From positions 18,761 through 82,760 of the forward strand of contig JAKUUI010000002.1 of the NCBI GenBank assembly GCA_022448485.1: a stretch of DNA of 64,000 bases, in the 5' to 3' direction. This DNA comes from SAR324 cluster bacterium (GTDB lineage Bacteria > SAR324 > NAC60-12). The translations under genes were made by a program, and so were the position numbers. The notes beneath the pieces were generated by a model. It was not told the origin of the DNA and searched no databases. It was given only the letters and a program-made list of their open reading frames with translations. Below are positions 17,074-26,957 of this stretch, piece after piece; positions within the stretch are counted from its first letter, which is position 1; every line of letters begins with the position of its first letter.

Positions 17074-18077
17074 TGGTTAACAGATTTGGAATTTCTCGTG
17101 GAGTTAGTCCGCGCGAAACTTTTGATCAAGTAGCAGAAATCGCTAAGGAAGTTGAGGCAAACGGCTTTGAAGCTCTTTGGTTTATAGATCATCAATTGGG
17201 CATGAAGGATGTTTATGCTGCAATGAACGTTTCAGCGATGGCGACTGAGAAAATACACATCGGATCAGCAGTCACGAACCTTCAAACACGACATCCCACG
17301 GTCACTGCAAATGCAACCACCTCACTTGATGATCTTTCTAAAGACCGTGCCATGCTTGGAATTGGAGCTGGCTGGGTAGCACTTCATTCAATTGGGAAAA
17401 TGCCAGATAGACTCGGTACAATGCGTCAAGGCATCAACGAATTTCGCCAGCTTTTTTCAGGAGAAGAAGTAGAACTTTATGGAACGAAAGTGCGTTTGGC
17501 CACAGCAAGGAGGCAAGTTCCAATTTACCTTGCCGTTTCTCAGCCTGGAATGCTAAGACTATCTGGCGAAATATGTGATGGGGCAATAGTGATGGGAGGA
17601 GCAGATCCAGAATTTTGTAACTGGCAACTGGAATACATTTATGAAGGACTTGAAAAGGCTGGACGACAGCGAAGTGACCTTATTATTGATATAGTCGTTA
17701 CAATGAGCATCAACGATGAAGAGGAAAAAGCACTCAATGACGTGCGTGCTTGGGCAACAAGTCAGGCTGCTACATTCGCTGTTTGGAAAAAGGTTCCACC
17801 AGCTTGGGAAAGATTTCGGGGAGAATTCACACGTGCTGAAAAAGCATATCATTATGAAGAGCACCTTTCCCTGCGAGCGGAACACAAACAGATAGTCAGT
17901 CAGGAATTTGTTGAGTCGGTGACTATTTCTGGGAATTTTGAAAAATGTATTGCTAAGCTAAGGGAAGTCGCAAAACTTGATTTTGATCGTATTACCTTCG
18001 CACTGCTTTCAGGTGGGAGGTTCCGAAGATTAGAAGAATTGGGAACTAAAGTAATACCTGCCCTGAGAGAAAAATAA
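17073..18077 (+). CDS. Luciferase-like monooxygenase (LLM) family oxidoreductase, probably F420-dependent
   Basis: 334 aa. It has a TAATG stop/start junction and an AAGGAG Shine-Dalgarno at 17061..17066. The sequence is of the LLM/Mer-like TIM-barrel type (WFIDHQ..., LGIGAG...). F420 dependence is inferred from the neighbouring F420 genes and is not proven by sequence. Confidence 0.65.
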   Translation: MVNRFGISRGVSPRETFDQVAEIAKEVEANGFEALWFIDHQLGMKDVYAAMNVSAMATEKIHIGSAVTNLQTRHPTVTANATTSLDDLSKDRAMLGIGAGWVALHSIGKMPDRLGTMRQGINEFRQLFSGEEVELYGTKVRLATARRQVPIYLAVSQPGMLRLSGEICDGAIVMGGADPEFCNWQLEYIYEGLEKAGRQRSDLIIDIVVTMSINDEEEKALNDVRAWATSQAATFAVWKKVPPAWERFRGEFTRAEKAYHYEEHLSLRAEHKQIVSQEFVESVTISGNFEKCIAKLREVAKLDFDRITFALLSGGRFRRLEELGTKVIPALREK

Positions 18078-18125
18078 ATTGCCTCAACTATTAGTTCACA
18101 GAAACAAAATTGGAAAAAAGGGAAC

Positions 18126-18884
18126 ATGACTGAACGAAAGGTAGCACTTGTAACTGCAGCTGCAGGTGCTGGAATTGGAGCAGCCATTGCTAGACAACTT
18201 GCGGAAGACGATTTAGAGGTTGTGATTACCGATGCACACGAGCGTCGTTGTGGTGAGCTGGCCTCAGAACTATCAGAGAAATATGGTCGCAAATTTTTGT
18301 CAAAACTTTTGGATGTGACGGATTTTGAAGCAGTAGAAATCGTTGTTCATGAGATCGTTAAAGAATATGGACAGATTGATGTACTGATCAATAATGCAGG
18401 TTGGAACAAGATTGAGCCAGTTGCAGAAATGTCACGGGAGACATGGTTGCAATGTTTAGATGTGGATCTCAACGGCACTTTCAATTGCATGAGACACGTG
18501 CTTCCTAAGATGATTGAACAAGGTTCCGGAATTGTCGTCAACATCTCCTCAATCGCAGCATGGGAAACCTCAACCGAACACGGAGCCGCTTATTCTGCTG
18601 CAAAAGCTGGAATTCTGGCTTTGACTCGTGTTGCGGCAGCGGAAAATGGAAAGCATGGAATTCGGGTGAATGCCGTTTCTCCCGGACTTATTTACAACGA
18701 TTTTCTGCGTCGAATTTATCCAGATGAATTCTTTGAAGGTTATGCAGAAAACCGTTCACTTGTGGGTCGAGTTGGAAAACCGCAAGATGTGGCGGACATG
18801 GTTTCTTATCTCATCAGCGACAAGGCTGGATACATTACCGGTGAGGTATTCCCCGTCAGTGGTGGAGTCAGTCCCCATGCCTGA
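18126..18884 (+). CDS. Short-chain dehydrogenase/reductase (FabG-like)
   Basis: 252 aa with the cofactor loop TAAAGAGIGAAIA and the catalytic YSAAK (YxxxK). Confidence 0.85.
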   Translation: MTERKVALVTAAAGAGIGAAIARQLAEDDLEVVITDAHERRCGELASELSEKYGRKFLSKLLDVTDFEAVEIVVHEIVKEYGQIDVLINNAGWNKIEPVAEMSRETWLQCLDVDLNGTFNCMRHVLPKMIEQGSGIVVNISSIAAWETSTEHGAAYSAAKAGILALTRVAAAENGKHGIRVNAVSPGLIYNDFLRRIYPDEFFEGYAENRSLVGRVGKPQDVADMVSYLISDKAGYITGEVFPVSGGVSPHA

Positions 18885-20298
18885 GAAAACGAAATCTTTT
18901 TTTTCTGTCGAAAACGCAAGCCCGTTATTCTGGTCCATTACCCGCTTGAATAAGGCTTATCGCAGCGGAGATATATCGCCTGTAGAGGTTTTGGAAGAAT
19001 TCATGAATCGAACAGATGCTTTCAATCCATCGCTGAATGCCTATCTTGAGCGTTTGGATGAAGTGGCAATCCAACAGGCGAAAGAAGCGGAAAAAATATT
19101 CCGGAATCCAACTACTGTAATTCCATTACTGTGTGGAATACCAATTTCGATAAAAGACACGTTTGAACTGGCTGGTTCTGTTACCACTTACGGTTCAGCG
19201 TTTTTTCGGGGAAACCATACAGCGAAAGATCACGATTTGGTGAGATGTTTACGGGCATCCGGAGCGGTGTTTACTGGTAAAACGAACACTCCTGAATTCG
19301 CACAATCTGCTACCACGGAGAATCGATTGGCCGATGATGCTCGAAATCCTTGGGACATTTCCCGCACGCCCGGGGGCTCTAGTGGCGGTGCGGCGGCTTC
19401 AGTTGCGGCGGGGTTGGCGACGGCAGCAATTGGTGCAGACGGTGGGGGATCGATCCGGATTCCTGCCTCGTTCACCGGCTTGTTTGGCTTCAAGCCTACT
19501 TATGGACTCTGCCGATATAAAAAGGGCTTGAAGGCCATGTCGGATTTTATTGCACCAGGGCCACTAACTCGTTGTGTTGGTGACGCACGAATTATTCTTG
19601 AAGTGTTGACCGATTGTAGGTATTCTCACCAATCACTAAATGACAAGAGGTTACGAGTGGCTTGGTGTCCACTACCTGGAAAAAATCCAGTTGACCCTCA
19701 AGTTGCAAAACTGGTTGAAGAAGCCGTGGAAAAAATGGCATTACTTGGGCATGAAATTAATGAAATTGAAATTCCACTTGAAGGCTGGAACAAGGCATTT
19801 GATACGCTCGTATTATCAGAGGAGTACCGAGAGCGCGGCTATTTACTTAAAAAAGCTCCGCAACTATTGACTGACTACGAGCTCAAATCGCTGGAAGCTG
19901 GTCATAAAATTACAGCGGAAAATGTGGAAAACGCAAGGAAAGCCCATCGTGAATATCGTCAAAAGTTTCAGGAATTCTTTAACAATTTCGATGTGATTGT
20001 CGCTCCGGTAACGGCTACTACTGCTTTTCCAATTGGGCAACGACCTCTGAAAATTGACGGACAAGAAGTGAAATGGCTTTGGGGCGCTTTCCCTTTTACG
20101 GCTCCTTTCAATGTTTCCGGGAATCCGGCAGTCTCAATTCCGTGTGGAATATCTGAGTGCTTGCCTGTCGGGTTGCAGTTGGTTGGACGTTGGAATGCTG
20201 AGGAATTGCTACTCAACCTTTGCGAAGATTTGGAGGAGGCTTTAGCCTTTGATGATAGACTAGTTCGCCAGAAGTGGAGTCAGAAAAGTGAGGAGTAA
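18877..20298 (+). CDS. Amidase-signature family amidase
   Basis: ATG 18877 overlaps the SDR stop by 8 nt (ATGCCTGA). The amidase signature is GGSSGGAAASVAAGLATAAIGADGGGSIRIPA. The ORF-track extension to 18670 lies inside the SDR gene. Confidence 0.85.
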   Translation: MPEKTKSFFSVENASPLFWSITRLNKAYRSGDISPVEVLEEFMNRTDAFNPSLNAYLERLDEVAIQQAKEAEKIFRNPTTVIPLLCGIPISIKDTFELAGSVTTYGSAFFRGNHTAKDHDLVRCLRASGAVFTGKTNTPEFAQSATTENRLADDARNPWDISRTPGGSSGGAAASVAAGLATAAIGADGGGSIRIPASFTGLFGFKPTYGLCRYKKGLKAMSDFIAPGPLTRCVGDARIILEVLTDCRYSHQSLNDKRLRVAWCPLPGKNPVDPQVAKLVEEAVEKMALLGHEINEIEIPLEGWNKAFDTLVLSEEYRERGYLLKKAPQLLTDYELKSLEAGHKITAENVENARKAHREYRQKFQEFFNNFDVIVAPVTATTAFPIGQRPLKIDGQEVKWLWGAFPFTAPFNVSGNPAVSIPCGISECLPVGLQLVGRWNAEELLLNLCEDLEEALAFDDRLVRQKWSQKSEE

Positions 20299-20301
20299 GG
20301 G

Positions 20302-21051
20302 ATGAAGAATTTAATCCTAAAGTATATGCAGGATGGGGTTTGCACTATCACCCTCAATAATCCCAGCAAAAAAAATGCATTTTCCTTGGACTTGCTCAAG
20401 GAACTGGAAAAAAACCTTGAACTCTTGCAGAACGAGCAAAATTTGCGGTCGATGATTTTGCAAGGAGCGGATGGAAGTTTCAGCGTTGGGGCGGATCTCT
20501 CCGATGTTACAGGAACTCTGGCTGATCAGGAGATTGACGACCGTATCGTACGAGTTTGCAAATTGTTACAGGAGTTACCCGTTCCGTGTCTCGCGGCCAT
20601 TGAAGGCCCTTGTGTTGGGGGAGCGGTTTCAGTTTCGTTGGGATGTGACGTATTGGTTGCATCAGAGAACGCATATTTTGAAATCCCTGCCATTCGTCTT
20701 GGTTTACTCTACAATCCGGATTCGGTGGTACGACTTCATGCTCGTTTAGGTTCCTCATCGCTCACTCGGTTGTTGCTTCTCGGTGAACGTTGGAATGCGC
20801 AAACAGCTTTGCAATCAGGAATGTTGGGCTGGGTCGTTCCGGAAGGATCTGCACATGAAAAGGCTTTGGAGCTTGTTCGTAAAATGGTGGATGCTCCAAA
20901 TGCGGTGTCCTCTACCAAATCACTGATTCTTGCTTTAGAACAAGGGGAAAGTAACCTTTCACATTGGAAAGAAATACGAAATGAAATCCTGAGTTCTCAG
21001 GAACGAAAAAACGCAGTAACTCAAGCCAAAAAACGACTGGATATTAGCTAA
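20302..21051 (+). CDS. Enoyl-CoA hydratase/isomerase (crotonase) family protein
   Basis: 249 aa with the crotonase-type segments GADGSFSVGADL and IEGPCVGGAVSVSLGCD. Confidence 0.8.
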   Translation: MKNLILKYMQDGVCTITLNNPSKKNAFSLDLLKELEKNLELLQNEQNLRSMILQGADGSFSVGADLSDVTGTLADQEIDDRIVRVCKLLQELPVPCLAAIEGPCVGGAVSVSLGCDVLVASENAYFEIPAIRLGLLYNPDSVVRLHARLGSSSLTRLLLLGERWNAQTALQSGMLGWVVPEGSAHEKALELVRKMVDAPNAVSSTKSLILALEQGESNLSHWKEIRNEILSSQERKNAVTQAKKRLDIS

Positions 21052-21069
21052 GAAGGACTTTCGCACATA

Positions 21070-21867
21070 ATGAAACTTACTGAGCTGCAAGGTTACGAAC
21101 TTGGAAAACGGATAGTCCATTACGAGGAACGAGACGCAATTCTGTACGCATTGGCTGTCGGAGCTACAAGTTCGGAAACGAGTTTGATCTATGAGAGGGA
21201 TTTGAGGGTTTTACCTACTTTTGCTTGTGCGCTCGGACTTTGGGCAGTGGAATCTGCAGGGGAGCTTGGTGCTTATGATCGTAATTATTCGTTGCACGCC
21301 TCACAATCTTTGGAAATGCATCAAGCACTTCCAAAATATGGAGATGTTGAGACCACTGGGAAAATAATAGAAGTTTGGGACAAGGGCAAAGCAGCGTTGA
21401 TTGAGATTGCAGCAGAGTGTGAATATTTCAGGGCTTCGTATGGAATTTTCCTCCCAGGTCTAGGTGGGTGGGGCGGAGAACGTGGCGTTGTTTATGCAGC
21501 GGAAGATGAGAAAACCAGAAGTTCATGGTCCGGAGGTTTCGCGACTACTCCTGAACAAGCAGCACTTTATCGATTGACTGGGGATTTGCATCCGATTCAT
21601 ATTGATCCAGTTGTTGCCCTAGCAAACAATTTTGATCGACCGATTCTCCATGGACTTTGCACATTGGGAATTGTTGCTAGGATGATTGCTGAAGCAGTAG
21701 GAGCCCTTCCTACAGATCTCAAAAAACTTGATGCTCGCCTCTCAAGTCCGGTATTACCTGGAGATTTTATTGAGGTGACAGCAGATTGGAATTCTACTGA
21801 CATAATTTTTGAGGCTAGTGTTGGCAGTATTTCAGTTATAAAGGGTGGTCGAGCAAGTTTTCATTAA
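21070..21867 (+). CDS. MaoC-like (R)-specific enoyl-CoA hydratase, double hot-dog
   Basis: 265 aa. The hydratase motif LTGDLHPIHIDP is in the C-terminal half. The N-terminal half is hot-dog-like, as in hydratase-2 domains. Confidence 0.75.
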   Translation: MKLTELQGYELGKRIVHYEERDAILYALAVGATSSETSLIYERDLRVLPTFACALGLWAVESAGELGAYDRNYSLHASQSLEMHQALPKYGDVETTGKIIEVWDKGKAALIEIAAECEYFRASYGIFLPGLGGWGGERGVVYAAEDEKTRSSWSGGFATTPEQAALYRLTGDLHPIHIDPVVALANNFDRPILHGLCTLGIVARMIAEAVGALPTDLKKLDARLSSPVLPGDFIEVTADWNSTDIIFEASVGSISVIKGGRASFH

Positions 21868-21923
21868 GGATGACCTTTCGAAAATTTGTCAATTATTTTA
21901 CAAAAATCGATTAAAAAAACATT

Positions 21924-22655
21924 TCAAACTTTGGCACTATTTACTAGTTGAGCACCACGTGAGGCCATAAAATAAAGACCCATGTAGTGTGTAAGGTCTT
22001 GTGGATGGCTGGTGCTTGGCGGCAGTCCGATTTCTTTAACTACATCTCCAGGTAGGTCATAAGTAGAGCAACCCTTGTCATAAACTACTACTTCATTCAA
22101 ACCTTGAAGCATGCCGTGATTTCTAGCTGAGAGCATGGTCAGCACAAAATCCATGACACAAATATCTGTGCAAATTCCTACTACCAGGACATTCTTAACA
22201 CGGTTCTCCTTTACCCAGTCAATGATTGAATTTGATCCATCAGGCTGAAAAGATCCAATAAAACCGTTTATACAGTCTTTGCGTACTAATGTAGCAAGCG
22301 GTTCTTTTTCAATCCATTTCAATTCAGGAACTAACTCCTCTTCACCAGTTCCACGTTCGCAGTGAGGTGGGTAAGGTGGCTCTGGCTTGCCGGATTCGTG
22401 TGTATCCAGAAATGCCAGTACCGGCATACCTTGTTCAATGAAAGAATGGGCTAAACGATTAGTTTCGGAAACCATTACAGATACTTGCTCGTTGGGTGTT
22501 TGAGGAGCAAGATTGCCTGCACCTACCGTGGCAAAGCCGTTGACCTCATCAACAATGATCAGACCGAACCCCTGCCTGTTTGTTCTCAAATCAAGTTCTG
22601 TTTTGCTGAGCGGAATGGCCTCAGCAATTTGCTGATGAATTGTATCTGCTGACAT
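21924..22655 (-). CDS. Isochorismatase-family cysteine hydrolase (nicotinamidase / N-carbamoylsarcosine-amidase-like)
   Basis: 243 aa. LDTHESGKPEPPYPPHC has the D-x-H...H spacing seen at nicotinamidase metal sites. VLVVGICTDICV is the catalytic-Cys motif of the family. Confidence 0.7.
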   Translation of the reverse strand: MSADTIHQQIAEAIPLSKTELDLRTNRQGFGLIIVDEVNGFATVGAGNLAPQTPNEQVSVMVSETNRLAHSFIEQGMPVLAFLDTHESGKPEPPYPPHCERGTGEEELVPELKWIEKEPLATLVRKDCINGFIGSFQPDGSNSIIDWVKENRVKNVLVVGICTDICVMDFVLTMLSARNHGMLQGLNEVVVYDKGCSTYDLPGDVVKEIGLPPSTSHPQDLTHYMGLYFMASRGAQLVNSAKV

Positions 22656-22888
22656 ATTTCATTACCTCATTTTTGCTTTAAATATTTGAACCTGTTTTTT
22701 GTTTGATCAGGTGAAATCCTAATTGATTTTGGCAGAGGGAATCAAGTTAAAAGTGGAAAGTCTAATGTTGTTATAGCAGTGAATGATTGTTTGTTATCCA
22801 TGAAGTTAAATTTTTTGTGAAGGGCAAAAATTTGTTTTGGGAATATCAACTTGGCGGAATATTGTTTCCCTAATCGAATATTATTAAC

Positions 22889-22917
22889 TTGACCTCATCA
22901 AATGGCCATAATATATT
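22889..22917 (+). promoter_or_regulatory. Candidate sigma-70 promoter TTGACC-17 nt-TATATT for the ABC-transporter/hydantoinase operon
   Basis: Read directly: TTGACC at 22889..22894 and TATATT at 22912..22917, 46 nt upstream of ATG 22963, which has a GAGGAG Shine-Dalgarno. Confidence 0.45.
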
Positions 22918-22962
22918 TCCCTTTCACCCAAACGATTTTTTAATCTTAATGAGGAGAATAAC

Positions 22963-24276
22963 ATGGATCATGAAGAAGAAAAAAATGCGTCGGATGTAAC
23001 TCGTCGCTCTTTGTTGGGGACGAGTGCTGTGCTGGCGGGTGCAGGCATTGTGGGAAGTCAATTGGTTGACCCAGTTGCTAAAACAGCTTTTGCAGCAGGG
23101 AGTGACGAGCCGATTCGCATCGGATTTCAAGCACATCGCACAGGCATTGGAACTGTTTATGGAAAGTGGTATGAACGTACTACAAATGCAGCGGCAAAAT
23201 ACATTAACAGTATCGGTGGAATAGCTGGCCGTCCAGTTGAAATCATAACTGAGGATGACGGGACAGATCCCAAACGTGGTGCGGATGTTGTGGAAAAACT
23301 GGCGACGCAGCATAAAGTTGATTTTGTGTACGGAACACTTTTTTCACATGTAGTGATGGGTTCAGCTCCCCGTGCCGGTGAACTGAAAATTCCTTATTTC
23401 GTCGTCAGCGAAGGCTATCATGTGGCGAGTGGGAAATTGAATCGTTATGTTTTCCAACCTTGCATTACAGACGTTCGCTCACAAATTACGGCTGTTTCCA
23501 GTTGGATTTTTGGCAATCTTGGCAAAAATGTGACTATCATTTATCCAGACTATGCTTTCGGATACGATCATCGGGATTATGCAAGTGCGGCCGCTGCAAA
23601 GAGTGGTGGAAAAATTGTCGCTAAAATCCCCATTCCTATGACAGAAAAGTCTTTTACCCGTTATTTCATTAAAATTCCCCAAAATACCGATGTAATTTAT
23701 CATGTCATGGTCGGGCCGGGAGTTTTAACTTTCGTGCGGGAAATGGGTGAGCACTTCGGTTCAAGTCATCCGAAACTATTCGGTTTTATCGACTCCTTGG
23801 AAGGTGTCAATATTACCAGCCCAGGACTGGGTTTTCTTGATGGTTCTTACTTCTGGGAAGCGATGCCTCGTTATGCAGACGGCTATGATACCATTGGTTC
23901 ACGTTTTTACCGTAATGCAGTTGGGGTAAATGACTCAGGAGCAAGCAAATCTGATCCGAAGGATGTTTCGACTTATTCACACATGTTTGGTTGCTGGGAA
24001 ACGCTTTTTGCCATCAAAGAAGCTGTGGAGCAAAGCGGATACAAGAGCAAAAAAGATTATGGAACTTTGATTGAAACGATCGAAGGTTTCAGCTTTTTCA
24101 ACGAAGGCATTGCTCATCCTCAAGGCAGTAAATTCTTCAGAGGCGAGACTCACCAAGGCTATGGTCAGCAATTTGTTTCACAAGTGAAAAACGGTAAATT
24201 AAATGTGATTCACAGAACATCAATTTCTGATGGCATGTACGAACCGGAAACTGACTACAGGAAGCAGTCTCTGTAA
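22963..24276 (+). CDS. ABC transporter periplasmic substrate-binding protein (LivK/AmiC-type) with a twin-arginine-type signal
   Basis: 437 aa. The signal DVTRRSLLGTSAVLAGAG is followed by AFA. The protein is of the type I periplasmic-binding-protein family, and four Liv-type transporter genes follow it. Confidence 0.8.
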   Translation: MDHEEEKNASDVTRRSLLGTSAVLAGAGIVGSQLVDPVAKTAFAAGSDEPIRIGFQAHRTGIGTVYGKWYERTTNAAAKYINSIGGIAGRPVEIITEDDGTDPKRGADVVEKLATQHKVDFVYGTLFSHVVMGSAPRAGELKIPYFVVSEGYHVASGKLNRYVFQPCITDVRSQITAVSSWIFGNLGKNVTIIYPDYAFGYDHRDYASAAAAKSGGKIVAKIPIPMTEKSFTRYFIKIPQNTDVIYHVMVGPGVLTFVREMGEHFGSSHPKLFGFIDSLEGVNITSPGLGFLDGSYFWEAMPRYADGYDTIGSRFYRNAVGVNDSGASKSDPKDVSTYSHMFGCWETLFAIKEAVEQSGYKSKKDYGTLIETIEGFSFFNEGIAHPQGSKFFRGETHQGYGQQFVSQVKNGKLNVIHRTSISDGMYEPETDYRKQSL

Positions 24277-24304
24277 TCGTTTATCATCTTTTCTTTCATA
24301 TTCT

Positions 24305-24329
24305 TCCGGAGGAATTCCTTTCCTCCGGA
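24305..24329 (+). promoter_or_regulatory. Intercistronic GC-rich stem-loop between the binding-protein and permease genes
   Basis: Read directly: TCCGGAGGAA (24305..24314), loop TTCCT, TTCCTCCGGA (24320..24329). This is a perfect 10-bp stem with no U-tract after it. Confidence 0.6.
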
Positions 24330-24355
24330 TCACCTATCTAATCTCCACTTGAATC

Positions 24356-25249
24356 GTGTCTACTTGGTTGAACGATAACGGGCCATTGCTGTTTTTGGCT
24401 TTGTTGGATGGAACCGTAACAGCATTTGTGCTGGCTTTGATTGCATTGGGTTTGTCGCTGGTTTTTGGTGTCATGCGGATTGTCAATGTGGCACATGGCG
24501 AATTATTTATGTTGGGTGCGGTGCTCTCTTGGTTTGCTTTTGATTTGACAAATGATCCGCTTTGGGGATTTTTGACAGCTCTTGTGTTGGCTCCAGTGAT
24601 TGTCGGCAGCATTGCGATTTTTTCAGATCGCTTTATTTTACGCAAAATCAGTTATCATCCGGAAAGTACGATTGTTGCGACCATCGGTTTACTATATGTC
24701 ATTCAACAATTGACCTTGATGTTTTTTGGTCCGGAAGTACGGCCTGTGGAAGCGCCATTTTATTTTAGAATTCAATTTCCATGGTTCGGTTATTCTGGAT
24801 ATAAATTGCTGGTTGCCGGAATGTCTGCATTGTGTTTGTCGGGAGTTTGGCTGTTGATGAAACGAAGCAAACTTGGCCTGTATATGCGTGCCACTCAACA
24901 GGATATTGAAATTGCAAAAACATTTGGCGTTCCTACCCAAAAGATTTATGCGTCCGTATTTGCACTAGGCGGAGGTTTGGCCGCACTCGCCGGAGTCCTT
25001 GTTGTTCCTATTCGTCAAGCCGATCATTTGATGGGGCTTGAACCGCTTTTGCTTTCTTTCATTGTGGTGATAATTGGAGGTTTGGGCAGCATTCGAGGAA
25101 CAATTGTTGCCGCCTTCATCATAGGTATCAGTGATGGAATAATCTCTGTTTTCTATGAGCCCACTCTGGCTAAAATGCTGGCCACATTGCTGGTGGCAAT
25201 GGTGCTGGTCTTAAAACCGGGCGGACTTTACGGTGAGGATCAGGCATGA
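24356..25249 (+). CDS. Branched-chain-amino-acid-type ABC permease (LivH-like)
   Basis: 297 aa with a GTG start. It is multi-pass and has ALIALGLSLVFGVMRIVNVAHGE, typical of LivH-family permeases. Confidence 0.8.
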   Translation: MSTWLNDNGPLLFLALLDGTVTAFVLALIALGLSLVFGVMRIVNVAHGELFMLGAVLSWFAFDLTNDPLWGFLTALVLAPVIVGSIAIFSDRFILRKISYHPESTIVATIGLLYVIQQLTLMFFGPEVRPVEAPFYFRIQFPWFGYSGYKLLVAGMSALCLSGVWLLMKRSKLGLYMRATQQDIEIAKTFGVPTQKIYASVFALGGGLAALAGVLVVPIRQADHLMGLEPLLLSFIVVIIGGLGSIRGTIVAAFIIGISDGIISVFYEPTLAKMLATLLVAMVLVLKPGGLYGEDQA

Positions 25250-26208
25250 GGAAAAATTCTTTAAATCACTCGCTACTGTTTCAAGGCGGGATTTTGATGC
25301 TGTTATTTCTTTTGCAGTTCATTTTGCCGACTTACCACCACAGCAGTGTTTCCAAAATCATGTTATTGGCTTCGTATGCGATCGGCTATAATTTTTTACT
25401 GGGCTATACTGGATTGATGAGTCTCGGTCACGCTATGTTTTTTTCGTCCGGGATGTATTCGATGGGTTTAGGCATTTATTATTTGGAGCTTTCGCCCTTG
25501 AACGGGGTGATTTTTAGTGCTTCCTTTTCGCTGATGGTATCACTGATATTCGGTTTGTTTGCACTACGTACGAGTGGCGTTTCATTTTTAATTGTAACTC
25601 TGATGTTCGGGCAAACATTCTACCTGTCAATTCTCTATTTCAATGAATTCACTTTTGGTCATGATGGATTTTCTCTGGCCAAGTATTTGGGGTCATTCGT
25701 TATTTTTGGTAAAGAATATCTTTTTAGCAATCCAGACATCCGCTATAATTTTGCTCTGCTTTTATTGACTTCCTATTTGCTGATCACGACCTTTATCCTG
25801 CTATCTCCGGTGGGACGCATCTTAATAGCAATTCGTGAAAATGAGTCCCGGACACAACTTTTAGGTTATAATGTTTTTTATTACAAACTTTTTGCACTTG
25901 TTCTTTCAGGGACATTTTCAGGTGTTGCCGGAGCAATGCACGGTTTGCTTTTTTCCTACATCGGAACAACTTTTGCGGAAATTCATCATTCTATTTCTCC
26001 GCTACTCTGGACTCTGCTTGGTGGAGCAGGAACTGTTATTGGCCCACTTTTCGGAACCGGAATAATGTATTACCTGATTGATTTTATCAGTGAAATAACC
26101 AAAAACTATCTGCTTGTGGTCGGCATTGTTTTGATTTTAATGATCATCTGGTTCCCATTGGGAATCATGGGATCAGTAAGAAGAAAATGGTTGAAATGGC
26201 TCCCGTAA
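25246..26208 (+). CDS. Branched-chain-amino-acid-type ABC permease (LivM-like)
   Basis: 320 aa, multi-pass, with GYTGLMSLGHAMFF typical of LivM. It overlaps the upstream gene by 4 nt. Confidence 0.8.
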   Translation: MRKNSLNHSLLFQGGILMLLFLLQFILPTYHHSSVSKIMLLASYAIGYNFLLGYTGLMSLGHAMFFSSGMYSMGLGIYYLELSPLNGVIFSASFSLMVSLIFGLFALRTSGVSFLIVTLMFGQTFYLSILYFNEFTFGHDGFSLAKYLGSFVIFGKEYLFSNPDIRYNFALLLLTSYLLITTFILLSPVGRILIAIRENESRTQLLGYNVFYYKLFALVLSGTFSGVAGAMHGLLFSYIGTTFAEIHHSISPLLWTLLGGAGTVIGPLFGTGIMYYLIDFISEITKNYLLVVGIVLILMIIWFPLGIMGSVRRKWLKWLP

Positions 26209-26957
26209 AACTACTTGGCACCCAGGGTTTGACCAGGCAATATGGCGGATTGATTGCGGTGAATGATGTAGACTTCAATCTTTACGAAGATCGGATTCAC
26301 GCTATCATTGGTCCAAATGGAGCCGGAAAAACAACACTTGTCAGCATGATTTGCGGTCGAACTCCGTCATCTTCCGGTCGCATCAATTTTAAAGGCAAGG
26401 ATATCACTCGTCTTTCTTCCGCAAAACGTGTTCAAGCCGGAATTGTTTATACATTTCAAGTTACAAGCATTTTTGGCAACCTGAGCTGTTTTGAAAATGT
26501 TGCTCTTTCTGCGCAAAGAACTTTGAGAGAGCAGCCGGAAGGTCGGGCGTCGCTGGAGAAATGGGGCATGGTCAGTGAAATTGAGATTGAAAAAGCGGTG
26601 TCAAAATATCTCCTGAAAGTTGGCCTCGAAGGGATTGAATCTCAAATCGCAAGTACCCTGCCTTATGGTCATCAAAAATTATTGGAGGTTGCCATGGGGT
26701 TGGCAGCCGGACCGGAGTTGTTGATTTTGGATGAACCAACACAAGGTTTGGCCGAATCTGAAATAGATAATCTGATTCAACTGATTCGTGATATTTCAAA
26801 ATCTGTAAATGTTCTTTTGATCGAACACAATATGGAAGTTGTTTTCAATTTGGCAGAGCATGTTACTGTTATGGACAATGGGTCAATTCTCGCTGAGGGA
26901 ACACCAAGTGAAATTGAAAACAATCCTGCAGTTCAAGATTCATATTTAGGGAATTGA
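26187..26957 (+). CDS. ABC transporter ATP-binding protein (LivG-like)
   Basis: 256 aa with Walker A GPNGAGKTT, signature-like LPYGHQKLLEVA and Walker B LLILDEP. Confidence 0.85.
   Translation: MVEMAPVKLLGTQGLTRQYGGLIAVNDVDFNLYEDRIHAIIGPNGAGKTTLVSMICGRTPSSSGRINFKGKDITRLSSAKRVQAGIVYTFQVTSIFGNLSCFENVALSAQRTLREQPEGRASLEKWGMVSEIEIEKAVSKYLLKVGLEGIESQIASTLPYGHQKLLEVAMGLAAGPELLILDEPTQGLAESEIDNLIQLIRDISKSVNVLLIEHNMEVVFNLAEHVTVMDNGSILAEGTPSEIENNPAVQDSYLGN

Noticed and set aside
22839-22870. A sigma-54-like TGGCGGAATATTGT, and a direct repeat GGAATAT (22840..22846 and 22856..22862), upstream of the ABC operon.
   Set aside because: The spacing is one base short and the -12 element reads GT rather than GC. 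The repeat is only 7 nt with a 16-nt period. A good sigma-70 promoter lies just downstream at 22889..22917.
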